Shown: positions 10,834-22,920 of the stretch, piece by piece
Layout: the number at the start of each line of letters is the position of its first letter
Numbering within the stretch: position 1 is the first letter of the stretch
DNA from: Eledone cirrhosa
Taxonomy: Eukaryota
Direction: 5' to 3'
NCBI GenBank assembly: GCA_964016885.1
Contig: OZ024753.1
Location: 20,770,001 to 20,834,000, forward strand
DNA length: 64,000 nucleotides
Notes under the pieces: model-generated
The model's database searches: none
What the model was told of the DNA's origin: nothing
The model's input: the letters and a program-made list of their open reading frames with translations, nothing else
Program-made: the position numbers and the translations under genes

Positions 10834-12635
10834 CAAAAAAGAGAAATAGGACGAAGGTAAACAGTTACAAAAGGATTTAATCCACTATTAACAATTGTTT
10901 CATCAGAATTTCAGTCCATTATTGCTACACTATGTCATAATAGGCAATCAAGAAAGATACTGTGACATCCGAATTTTCAAAATACAAAGTTGAAATGACC
11001 TTAGGAAATGAAATAAGGAGTAGTAGTGTAAGATAGAGGAACAGAGAAAGAGAGGGGCAAAAGAGAGGGAGAGAGAGAGAGAAAAGGGACGATGGTAGGG
11101 AGGGAAAGAGATAGGGTGGTGTGAGAGGATTTGTATAGAATATAGTTAAGTTAGAAGAAGGGAGGGGGAGGAGGATTGTGTGCTAAAAGTTGTGATGAGT
11201 AGAGGGAGAGATAAGGAAGATAGAATTTTAAGTGGCAGTTGGTAGTGGACAGGCAAAAGTTTTACAAGAGAATAGATGAAGGAAGAAAGTATTAAATTTC
11301 ATATATAGTCTATTTTTAGGAGTGTAGAATTGTTATTTAGGGTAGAAAAGTAGTGTTAAGATTTAGTTGAAGGTTTGAAGTGTGAGAATTTCGCTTTCAA
11401 TTTATGCTGGCAAAAGATTGACCTTTCAATTTTGTTGTTGAGTAGTTGGTGGCCTGAGCTTAGGATATGGAAGAGCTCATTATTACACAACGGGCACGTT
11501 TTCATCTCCGGTATGGAGGAGCATGTGAGAGTTTGGTCCATTTAAGGGTGTATTTTCGGTTTCTCCCTTTTAAGTGCCAAATTTTGTCGGCGAGGGTCGT
11601 TATGTAACGGTGTTGGGGGTGCTTTATTGCATAACGATGCGTGTACCAACAAGTTTTGAAGGTGTTTGCAGTGCTGCCTATGTAGTGCCAGGTTTGGTTG
11701 TCCAACTCAACCGAGCACCTGTACACTAGGTTCGAATGCAAACATTCGTTATTCAATGGACAAGTCTCTGGAAGGTGGCAATTACAATTTCTGTTATGGG
11801 CAGTGGTGGAGTTATAGGTGGGCTGGGATGTGTGTGTGAGTGTGTTTTGTGCATACTGTTTGTTAGTGGGTGGTTGTGTATTAGGTGTATTATTGTGTTG
11901 AGTGATTGGGGTGTTGTTGTTACGGAGTTTTTTGGCGTTGAGCATCTTAATGTGTGCGTCTAGGTTTGGTGCAGTGGAATAAGATAGTCTAATTGTTTTG
12001 GTATTGAGTATAATACTATATTTATGTGAATTTGGAAAGTGTGTTCTTATAATTTTGTAGAATGTGGAAGGTAAGTTAGAGCTAATAGAAGAGTTAAAAA
12101 TAGGATTATACCAAATGTAAGATCTGCTCCGTGTTCTGTTTTGCTTTGATGTTGCTGTTGTGGTTAGTATTAGGGGGTCTAGGTGCGTGTGTGCGGGTGT
12201 TTGTGGGGCGTTTGGCGTGTCTATGGTTATGTGTTTTATGGTTATGTCGGTCTATGTATTCTAGTTTGTCGGTGTGGCCAGGCCGTTCTAATGCACTGTT
12301 CCTCTATCTTACACTACTACCCCTTATTTCATTTCCTAAGGTCATTTCAACTTTGTATTTTGAAAATTCGGATGTCACAGTATATTTCTTGATTGCCTAT
12401 TATGACATAGTGTAGCAATAATGGACTGAAATTCTGATGAAACAATTGTTAATACGTGGATTAAATCCTTTTGTAACTGATTACCTTCGTCCTATTTCTC
12501 TTTTTTGATTACACTCCTCGTTTGTTCGTGTTTCCACCACAGAATCCCTACCAACCTGTCGAGTCACCTTAACGTATGTTGATAACTTTCCTCACAACTT
12601 GTTCTACCAAGCTTTGGAATATTCCTAATTACTGA
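10834..12635 (-). mobile_element. Second Penelope-like (Naiad-type) element with inverted 3'-end duplication
   Basis: GIY-YIG ORFs at 11356-11945 (CNCHLPETCPLNNEC, VYRC..YIGST..FK, CPLC, CQH). 10834-11044 is the reverse complement of 12296-12509. Flanked by (TA)n. Confidence 0.85.
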
Positions 12636-13140
<505 letters not shown>

Positions 13141-13424
13141 ACATACATGTAAAAACTTTGAATTTTGATGGAGTGAAACCAGATAAAAGCAGAAATATAT
13201 GAATTAAATGAAACAAATGAAGTGCTGATGGTAAGAAAGGTAGTAACAACAGAAGAAGAATCTGTGAAATTCCATGAAAGATGGATTGCTGAATTGTTAG
13301 GTTGTGAGATGAAATACCTTGCAGTGTTTACTAGACTCCTAGCATTGTGAGTTCACATCTCACTGAGCTAAGGTCAATTTTACTTTCATGTTTTAAGAGG
13401 TCAATAAATAAATTACCAGCCAAG

Positions 13425-13900
13425 TGGAGACATGTGGCCTAGTGGTAAGGGTGTTGGACTCATGATCATGTTGTTGTGGGTTCGATTCCTAGACTGTGTT
13501 GTGTTCTTGAGCAAAACACTTCATTCTACATTGCTCCAGTATACTCAGCTGAAAAGAAAAATGAGTACCAGTAATAACTGGAGTATAGCCCTGTGATGGA
13601 CTGGTGTCCTGTTGAGTGGGGAAGTTTTGTCCTCTCAGTTGCTTCATACCATTGAAACCGGGATAAGCACTGATGAGACTCTGGGCTTGAGACAGATTTT
13701 AACCTGGTGTCCTGTCGAAGGTGGGGGAGAGTCTTGTACCCTCAGTTGCTTAATGCCATAGCAAACAGGATAAGTCTCTAGTCTCAAGACTTTAATTCTG
13801 GAATGGACTGACATCATATTCAGAGAGGATTCTTGTATTCTCGGTTGCTTCACACCACACAAACCAGGATAAGCACTGGCCTGATGAGCCCCAAGACAAA
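13425..13900 (+). mobile_element. tRNA-derived CORE-like SINE with repeated 3' sub-units
   Basis: TGGCCTAGTGG, GGTTCGATTCC, GTTCTTGAGCAAAACACTT, and three repeats of CTC(A/G)GTTGCTT..AAAC.GGATAAG. Confidence 0.7.
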
Positions 13901-15137
13901 CATTGTTTAAGGGTAGAAGGCTTGAGAAGTAGTTTGAACGTTGGCTGGGATAGCTTGCTATATTTGTTCTGTTAAGAAACCTTTATAGTGTGCTTGGGTA
14001 GCAGTTTTAATTGTTTGCCTAATCATAATGAAGATATCCCCTTAATAAAGAATATGTCAGCAATGATAGTGTTAACCACAAGTCAGTAGATCTTAGATCA
14101 TGTGTATTTTGTGTATTTATTTAATCACTTTAACTATCCGTATAGAGCTAATAAGCCATGACAGACTAGAGGAAGTATCTAGTACTTATTACAGTTGAGA
14201 AAGAAAAATCACCCTCTTCCTTTCTTCTGTGACCCCAGAGTCCCTGCTTTTCCCTCCTTTTCCTCTAATTTATGGCTTTCAAGTCCTTTCCACTATTTTC
14301 CCATACAGCTAGATCTGCCCTTCCTTACTTCTTCCCCATTTTCTCATTGCTTCATATTGCTTTTGTCTTTCTTTCTCATAATTAAAATGAAAGTAAATAG
14401 AGATAAGTAAATATAAAAATATAAATTGAAATTTAAAAAAATGTAAATACCGAAGACAAGCAGGAGGCAAAATAAGGGATAAAAGATATAGAAAAAATGG
14501 AAAACCAAGGAAGCTGAAACCCTTTAGCATTCACATTCCAAAATTTCAACCCAGCGACTACAACAGCAACAACACCATTGTCTGCAGCGGCAGCATCAGT
14601 GAAATGAACAACAACGGCAGCAGCAGCAACAACAAAAACGACAACAACAACTGCCACCACCATCACTGACCTCATCCACCACCTTCACTACCACCACCAT
14701 CACCATCACTGACACCATCCACCACCATCACCACCACCACCACCACCAGCGATCAGGCCTTAAGAAGAAGAAAACAAGTATAATACTAAATAACTATTCT
14801 GTTCTTGGCATGAGGCAGCGATTGTCCCAGCGCATTGCTGGTGCCTTGTTTTGGGGCCCGGAGAATGGAGAGCCGTTGCTCTATGCTGTAAAGCAAACAA
14901 TTATTATTATTATATAAAAACTGAACTGGAAAAGTCAACAGTTGACATGATTTTATATCAGTACTGACGGTAATATATGTATGTGTGTGTTTGTATGCAT
15001 GAGTGTTGGTGTGTGAGTGGCATGTGTGTTTGTATGCATGTTTGTTGGTGTGTGAGTGAGTGTGTGTGCCGTGAGTGTCAATAAGTGGTGTTTTATTGTT
15101 TTTTTTGTTATGGCCATGCTGTAAGACATCCTCTCTA

Positions 15138-18100
15138 GTGTTGGTGGCACAAATAAAAGCACCCAGTCCATGCTGTAAAGTGGCACTGGTGTTAGGAAGG
15201 GCATCCAATCAGTGCATCAATGCCAAAACAATTATAAGCACAGCACCAAATATATAGGAACAACAAAAATATGAAGACGTCGCATCACATAGTTGCAACA
15301 CTTAATGTTGGCACTCTCACAGGTAGATCTGCTGAAATAGTGCAGATGCTGGAGAGATGGCATGTGCATGTGTGCTGCATGCAAGAGGTGAGATGGAGAG
15401 GTGCCTCTGCGAGACTAGTCGCAGGCAAATAACTTAGCTATAAGCTTTTCTGGGTAGGTAAGGATGATGGTTTAGGGGGAGTAGGCATTTTCCTGGCTGA
15501 GACATGGATCAATAAGATAATAGAGGTAGTTCGAGTTAATAATAGAATAATTAAGCTTAGATTAGGTATAGGCAGGAGACTACTGACAATCATCTCTGCC
15601 TATGGTCCCCAAGCAGGCCGAGGCAAAGAAGAGAAAGACTGCTTTTACAAGCAACTTTTACAAACAACCGCAATGACAGAGGACGGAGACATCGTTATGC
15701 TAGCAGGGGACTTCAATGGTCCTGTTGGACAGCTCCAGGATGGTTACACTGGGGTACATGGTGGACACGGTTACGGCTCAAGAAATGAAGAAGGAGTGAG
15801 ACTTCTTGAATTTTGTGATGCAAGTATATTGACTATTTGCAACACTAACTTCCAGAAACCTGCCAACCACCTAATAACCTACAAATCAGGCGAGCACATA
15901 AGCCAGATTGACTTCTTACTAGTTAGGCAGCGGGACAGGCAGATGGTGTCAAATACCAAGGCATACCCTGAGGAAGAATGTACCCCACAGCATAGGTTAG
16001 TCGTTAGTGATATCTCAGTAAGCAAGAGATGGAATGAGACATACAGGAAGGTGTGGAGAAGAAAGGTCTGGAAGCTAAAAGACCTTTCACTAAAATACAA
16101 ATTTAGGAAAGCCCTTCAAGATGTGTATGACGAAAAAGAAGACGATTTAGAGATGTATGACATAGATAATAACTGGAATTTTTTACGTGACAACTTACTG
16201 CAGGCTACTGATGAAACTTGTTTCTGGAGCAGAGCTCCAACAAGACAGAGATTGACCTGGTGGTGGAACAGCACAGTAGATAAGGCCATTAGAGACAAAA
16301 GACTGGCATGGAAGGCTTGGAAAAAGGGTGGGAGTAGATAAGGATATACAGCCGCTAAGAGAGAAGCTAGACGTCAGGTGTACTTAGCACGGAGATCGGT
16401 TGAGAGTAGGAGGTTTGCCAATGTTCTGCGACGGGAAGATTAGAGGCGTGCGGTGTTCCACATTGCAAGGCAGTGTGTCAATGCAAATCAGGATGTAGTT
16501 GGAGATAAAAGTGTCCGGAATGATGCGGGTGTACTTAGTGTCACGAATGATCAGAAAAAGGAGCCCTGGAAATGTCATTATAAGAGACTGATGAAGGTGA
16601 AGAACGAATGGGAGAGAGAGAAATTACCCTCAGTAGATCCGACAGAGGGACTAGCTATTGAGATTGACAAATATTGGGTCCAAGAGGCGATTAAGGAAAT
16701 GAAAAATGGTAAGGTTGCTGGACCATTGGCGATAGTTGCTGAGATGCTGAAGGCATCAGGGGATGTAGGCACTAAACTGGTTGCATGCATCATCAATCAG
16801 GCTATATATGGTGGTGTCATACCCAATGACTGGTGCAGCAGTATTCTCATAAATTGCTACAAAGGTAATGGTGATGCTCTGGAGAGGAGCAATTATAGGG
16901 GTATAAAACTGATGGATCAGGTTATGAAAGTAGCAGAAAGGATATGAGCACAACAAATTAGAGAAAGGGTCAAACTAGATGAGATGCAGTTTGGTTTTTT
17001 GCCTGGGAAAAGTACAACAGATGCCCTCTTCTTGGTGAGACAATTACAAGAGAGGTTCTTAGAGAAGAATAAGCCACTATACTTAGCCTTTGTTGACCTA
17101 GAGAAGGCCTTTAATAGGGTACCCCAATCTGTCATCTGGTGGTCCCTAAGGAAACTAGATGTTGAGGAATGGCTTGTGAGGACAGTGCAAACGTTGTACA
17201 GAGGTGCTGTCAGTAAAGTGAGGGTAGGAATGAAGTTTAGTGAGGAATTCCAGATAGAAGTAGGAGTACATCAAGGTTCGGTCCTCAGCCCGCTCTTGTT
17301 CATTGTAGCCCTCCAAGCCATAAGAGAGGAGTTTAAGACTGGCTGTCCATGGGAACGTTTCTATGCTGACGATCTGGTTCGTATAGCAGAATCAGTAGAG
17401 GAGCTAGAGAATAAATTCTGGCTATGGAAACAGCAGTTGGAAGCAAGAGGACTGAGAATGAACCTAGCTAAGACAAAAGTGTTGATGAGTAGAAAAGAGG
17501 ACAAAACTCTAATTCCGTCGGGGAAATGGCCAGGTTCGATATGCAGAAAAGGAACTGGCATAAATTCTATAAAATGCACACAATGCAGATCCTGGGTACA
17601 CAAGAGATGTAGTGGGATAGCAGGCAAACTAACAGGTAGGGAGAAATATGTATGCAGTAGATGTATAGTGAAATTAGACAGAAGTGCCATTGATAGACAC
17701 ATTTTTCAAATGCAGGTGGGTGCTATAGAAGTGGTGGATAGCTTACGGTACGTAGGAGATCAGATTAGCATGGGAGGGGGGTGTTACGAGGTCATAGTAT
17801 CTAGAATAAGGACGGGTTGGAAGAAGTTTAGGGAGTTGCTTCCTCTGCTGATGAAGAAGGATTTCTCCCAGCGTACGAAAGGCCGGTTATATGATGCCTG
17901 TGTGAGGAGCGCCATGCTGCATGGTAGTGAGACATGGGCAGCAACTGCAGAGGATATGCGACGGTTGGAGAGAAATGAGGCAAGCATGCTCCGTTGGATG
18001 TGCAATGTCAATGTGCGTGAATGACCCAGCATGAATGTGTTGAGAGAGAAACTGTGTCTGAGAGGGATAGAATGTAGTGTGCAAGAGAGGAGACTGAGGT

Positions 18101-18352
18101 GGTATGGACATGTGATGCGCATGGAGGATGACCCATGGGTGAAGAAGTGCCAGGAAATGCCAGTTGAAGGAAGACGTGGTAGAGGTAGACCACGAAAACA
18201 TGGGCGGAGGTGGTGAGAACAGACCTCAGATCGCTGAAGCTCACGCTGGAGAGGACGAAGGACCGTGACAAGTGGAGAGATGCTGTGCTGAATAAAACCC
18301 GTCCCACCCTTGCAAGCAGGGAAAAGCGGACGTAAAATGATGATGATGATGA
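15138..18352 (+). mobile_element. RTE-clade LINE, near full length, decayed (APE-RT with PHD finger)
   Basis: APE motifs (ATLNVGTL, MQEVRW, AGDFNG, SQIDF, PQHRLVV), RT motifs (QFGF, FVDLEKAF, GVHQGSVLSP, YADD), several in-frame stops, (GAT)n tail. Confidence 0.95.
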
Positions 18353-18557
18353 TTACTCTATATTTACTGTTGAATTTTCAGGGTAAAGGCTTAACCTCAC
18401 ATATTTCACATAATATCAAATCTTCGAGATGTTGATATTATTTATTTTGAGAACAATACCCTAACATCGTTATGAGTGGCCAGTTATGACAGGTTTGAAC
18501 AGAAAAAGGAGAGAGAATTCTAGCCAGATATGGCCGGTTTAAATGCTAAAGGTGTAA
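18350..18557 (+). mobile_element. Half of a MITE-like element with a TTAACCCTTTAGCATTTAAACC-type terminus
   Basis: Homologous to 43680-43889 (+) and 38789-38987 (-). Confidence 0.6.
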
Positions 18558-18840
18558 AGCAGCTAGAAGTTTCTGTTGTTGAATCTTTCATAACTTCCAT
18601 GTAACCAAGGGTTTTATAGTTGTGTATAAGTATATGAAATCTTCCGGAGATCAAGTAAAGCCAACAAGAGTTGATACAGAACAAACATAAGGAGAAGTTA
18701 GTAGATCTCAGATCATGTATAAGTACAGGAAATCCTTCGGAGATCAAGTATAAATGGCAACACTTAATAGAGAACAAACTTAAAAATTTAGAGCATTAAT
18801 GAACACAGTAAATCAGTAACATTGTTACTATATTATTACA

Positions 18841-19254
18841 CTAGCAGAGGTACCCGGCGTTGCTCGGGTATTAAATAGTAGTTGTGTATACCATTTATGT
18901 CAATACTTCAGTGCTACTTCGAAAACTATACTTTTACAAAATCATCGGCCCCCAGGTGTCCCCTACTCAATATGTGCCAATTCTCAGAGTTCACATTCAT
19001 CTGTAGGACAAACGTAGCCCATGTGTCAAGTTTTGTGAAAATCGGTTGCGAACTCCAGAAGTTATGACGTTTTGTTGCATTGCACTGCAGTTCTTCAGTC
19101 GACTCCAAGGAAGTGGTTAACGGGGGTTATCTGCCGGGAGGCCCTATAATCAATATCTGTAAAAATGAAAGTGTTCATGACCATCCGGAGTACATAAGTA
19201 ACCTATGTCTTAAGTTTGGTGAAAATACTGTAGAAATGCATAACGTTTATACAC

Positions 19255-19285
<31 letters not shown>

Positions 19286-19473
19286 ACGTTTTGTTGCATT
19301 GCACTGCAGTTCTTCAGTCGACTCCAAGGAAGTGGTTAACGGGGGTTATCTGCCGGGAGGCCCTATAATCAATATCTGTAAAAATGAAAGTGTCCATGAC
19401 CATCCGGAGTACATAAGTAACCTATGTCTTAAGTTTGGTGAAAATACTGTAGAAATGCATAACGTTTATACAC

Positions 19474-19504
<31 letters not shown>

Positions 19505-20327
19505 ACGTTTTGTTGCATTGCACTGCAAGTTCTTCAGTCGACTCCAAGGAAGTGGTTAAAGGGGATTATCTGCTGAGAGGCCCTATAATCAATATCTGTA
19601 AAAATGAAAGTGCCCATGACCATCCGGAGTACATAAGTAACCGATGTCCTAAGTTTGGTGAAAATACTGTAGAAATGCATAAGGTTTATACACGCGCGCG
19701 CTCGTGTGTGTGCGTGTGTGTATGGGGGGGGGGGTATTTGTGTGTGCGTATGTATGTGTATGTCCGTCGGGGCTTACGTATGTACTGGCCTAAATCTTCA
19801 CTATTTACTTTTACTATTTTAATAACCTCTGTCATTTTCGTTTTCAATTTTATTTACATCATTCTTAAACTCTGGGACTGGAAATCATTCTGTTATGTTA
19901 AATAGAATATTAGTCTAGCGACTCCATTTATACCATAAACTTGGTCTTGTCCTTGCATGAAATTGTTCTTTCGTTCCACATAACGACGTATTATCCTCGC
20001 TTTTTTTCCCGTTCATTGCCAGGGAACGTCTTCACGAACCAAAATATCGTCTTCCTGTTTTCGTTCGGTTGGAACGTTTCTCGAAATATTGACTTCTGCG
20101 TTCACAGATTACTCTCAGTTCAATTTGAATGGGAAATTCCTGTTTCATCGATTTTCTCCGTAACCATGGAAGCTTGTACCCTAAAAGTCGACCGAACGCC
20201 TCTTCGGGTCATTCTGCATAACTATATAAATTTTCGCTGCATTCCACCAAGCCGTTTCAACGTTTATCTGACTACACCCACTTACTTAAATATACAACGT
20301 CCGACCACTTCCAATTTATATAGTAGA
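18841..20327 (-). mobile_element. Non-autonomous Helitron with internal 219-bp tandem repeats
   Basis: Minus strand 5' TCTACTATATAAA, 3' ACCCGAGCAACGCCGGGT hairpin then CTAG, A|T site. Repeat units start at about 19063, 19282 and 19501. Confidence 0.85.
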
Positions 20328-20459
20328 TTAGGATATTTTGTTTAACACACACTCATGAATATTTCATCAGATCATTAAATATGTGGCATGTTTGTGTGTG
20401 TGCATGTGTAAGAATGGTATGTACGATTGTGTTTATGTATGTATGCATGTATATATATA

Positions 20460-21475
20460 CACTCTGAGTATGTCCTGCGATGTTGATAGGGAAATATCAA
20501 ACAGGATACAGAAAGCCAGTGATGCTTTTGAAAACTGAACAAGCGTCTTTGGTCTCAACACGGAATTTCGGTAAAGACAAAGCTCAAAGTGTATCATGTG
20601 TGTGTGCTCGTGGCAATTCTTTATGCTTGTGAGACGTGGGTGGTCTACCGTAGACAGATGAAGCGACTTGAGAGGTTCCACCAGTACTGCTTACGTCGGA
20701 TCCTCGGCATAACTTGGCAAATGTTTGTCAGTGACGTTGAGGTTATGGACAGAAGTGGCTGAGATAGTGTCGAGTCCTTGATTTTGAAACATCAGCTGCG
20801 CTGGACAGGCCATCTTGTAAGGATGAATGACAAGCGAATGCCGAAGCAGCTGCTTTATGGCGAGCTCCAAATGGGAAAAAGAAACGCGAGCAAACCGAAG
20901 ATACGTTTTAAGGACTGCATCAAGGGGGCGCTCAAGAAAAGTAACATCCCTTGTGAGCACTGGGAAGCATGCACTAGCGACTGATCGCATTGGAGGAAAG
21001 CAGTGGCTGGTGGCAAGAGTCTATTTGAGGAAACAAGAAGAAGGCACGCGGCACTAAAAAGAGATGTCCGGGAAGGAATCCATGTTGGCCTTCCCGAAGG
21101 CACTGACAAACGGCCTGACCTGACATGTGAGACCTGTAATAGGGTTTGTCTGAGCATGGCAGGTCTAAAGAGTCACCTGAGAGTGCACAAGAACAGGGAA
21201 GCAAGTACCTGTGGAGCTATAAGTGTTCATCAGACGACGACATGTGATGTTTGTGGAAGGGTATGAAGGTCGAGTAGTGATCTCACACAACACCTTGGGT
21301 CACACTGTACCATGGGCCCAGCACTAGGTGTCAAAAAATGTCACAAGTGTAGTGTTTGTACCAGAGTTCTCAAGTCGCTGGCTGGACTAAAAAGCCACAT
21401 TCATTCAGCGCATTGGTAGGGTTCTCCTACATGGATATAAAGTAGTGGCCATACTCGAAAACGTGTTGGCAGCCA
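20460..21475 (+). mobile_element. RTE-clade LINE 3' fragment with C-terminal C2H2 zinc fingers
   Basis: [50 protein letters not shown], followed by CETC..HLRVH, CDVC..HLGSH and CSVC..HIHSAH. Confidence 0.85.
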
Positions 21476-21621
21476 CTATATATATATATGTAGAAGTTAT
21501 ATTTAATTTGTTGGGATACAACAAGCAAATATTTTTATAACTGATATAAAGCACTCAACAAATTTTTGGAGTAAAATTACAATATATTAACAAATGGAAA
21601 CTATATTTATAAAGCCATATT

Positions 21622-21686
21622 TATTTTATTATACATATTTCAAGGACACCAAAGCAAATTATGGTGCGCTTTCATTAGATAAAATA
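21622..21686 (-). ncRNA. Degenerate hammerhead (family C, core CTAATGA)
   Basis: Homolog of 59495-59556 with a G5A core change and intact stems. Confidence 0.55.
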
Positions 21687-21829
21687 TAATATAGATCAGT
21701 TTTATAAACAAATATTGACATACCCTTAAAGAATGCGACCATGTTGGTTGGAAACTCCGGGAGCTTCCAACCGACATTTGTTAATATATCCATTTGTTAA
21801 TATATTATATATAAATATATATAGTAATA

Positions 21830-22020
21830 ATTGTTACTACTTTTGGCACAAGGCCAGCAAATTACTCAGTGTATTACTGGTACTTTATTTTATCGACCCC
21901 GTAAGGATGAAAGGCAAAGTTAACCTCGACGGGATTTGAACTCAGACCACAAAGGGCCCTAACTCTTTGCTGCAAAGCATGCCGTCTGACCCTCTACCGA
22001 TGCTGCCAATCCACCGCCCT
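21830..22020 (-). mobile_element. tRNA-SINE family 2
   Basis: Reverse complement of the copy at 2604. Confidence 0.85.
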
Positions 22021-22226
22021 ATATATATATAGTAATAATAAATGTGAAGACTAAAATCCGAAGAGGGCTTGATAAGGATTATATATATATATCTATATAT
22101 ATAAACTCATAGAGCAAATAAGGGAAAAGCAGTGATTCTTGGCTTAAACTTTAATCTGTTCTTATAATAAATATATATATATATATATAATTAGAATTGG
22201 TGCTCTGAAATAGCGATACATATATG

Positions 22227-22525
22227 AATGTATATATAGTGTATTTTGCAATACACTGTATGCTTAATTAAAAGCATTTTGAAGACCATACGCTATTGTT
22301 TTAAAGTAGCAACATTGTCGCTTACTTAAATTTTCAGCAGATGGAGAGAGTAGTGAGTTTTGATAAGTACCAAATAGTACGAAACAGCGCTGTCAACTTA
22401 TCTCCCCCTGTTTGCCGAAAATTTAAGTAAGCGACAATGTTGCTACTTTAAAACAATAGCGTATGGTGTTCAAAATGCTTTTAATTAAGCATACAGTGTA
22501 TTGCAAAATACACTATATATACATT
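22227..22525. repeat. 300-bp fold-back element with a hammerhead fold in its loop
   Basis: 22227-22335 is the near-perfect reverse complement of 22417-22525. Confidence 0.9.
22355..22399 (+). ncRNA. Hammerhead ribozyme variant with U3-A8 core (family D)
   Basis: gagtt TTGATAA gtac caaata gtac GAAA CAGCGCTG TC aactt. Stem I gagtt/aactt, stem II gtac/gtac, palindromic stem III, GUC cleavage triplet. Confidence 0.7.
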
Positions 22526-22624
22526 ATTTTGGCAATATTAGGACAACCCAAATACCTGGAAAAATCATATTGTCGGATAAATTTGTGCGTTATATTTTCC
22601 CAATGTTAGCTGACCCTAGACAAT

Positions 22625-22835
22625 GTTGAGTATTGCAGCTCTGTCCAAGCAATACTATATGTCACAAAATATATCAACAAGAGCAGTGAAATGGCTACCT
22701 TTGTTACTGACAAGGAACTCAATGATGGTTGAGGTCAAACAGTATCAGACATGTTGATACATCTTCAGCAATGAATCTATCTGGCAGATCTTTGGATTTG
22801 ATATCCACTGCTATCTACTGCTATGTACAGTGAGA
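22625..22835 (+). pseudogene. Helitron RepHel fragment
   Basis: Translates as NVEYCSSVQAILYVTKYINKSSEMATF, then with a frameshift EVKQYQTC*YIFSNESIWQIFGFDIH. Resembles the Helitron Rep YxxKY motif region. Confidence 0.75.
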
Positions 22836-22920
22836 TCGTTTTATGGTAGCAAGCTTGACCTGTTAGAAATAGCAGCCAAATTTCTTTCAATTCCCAGTCC
22901 ACTGTCTCATGTATGTATAT

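Noticed and set aside
12400-12440. Possible SECIS element (ATGA..AA..TGA) in the Penelope 3' end
   Set aside because: Helix II does not pair by eye, and no in-frame Cys-position UGA was seen.
13880-13900. CTGATGA inside a SINE
   Set aside because: No stem II, GAAA or stem III follows.
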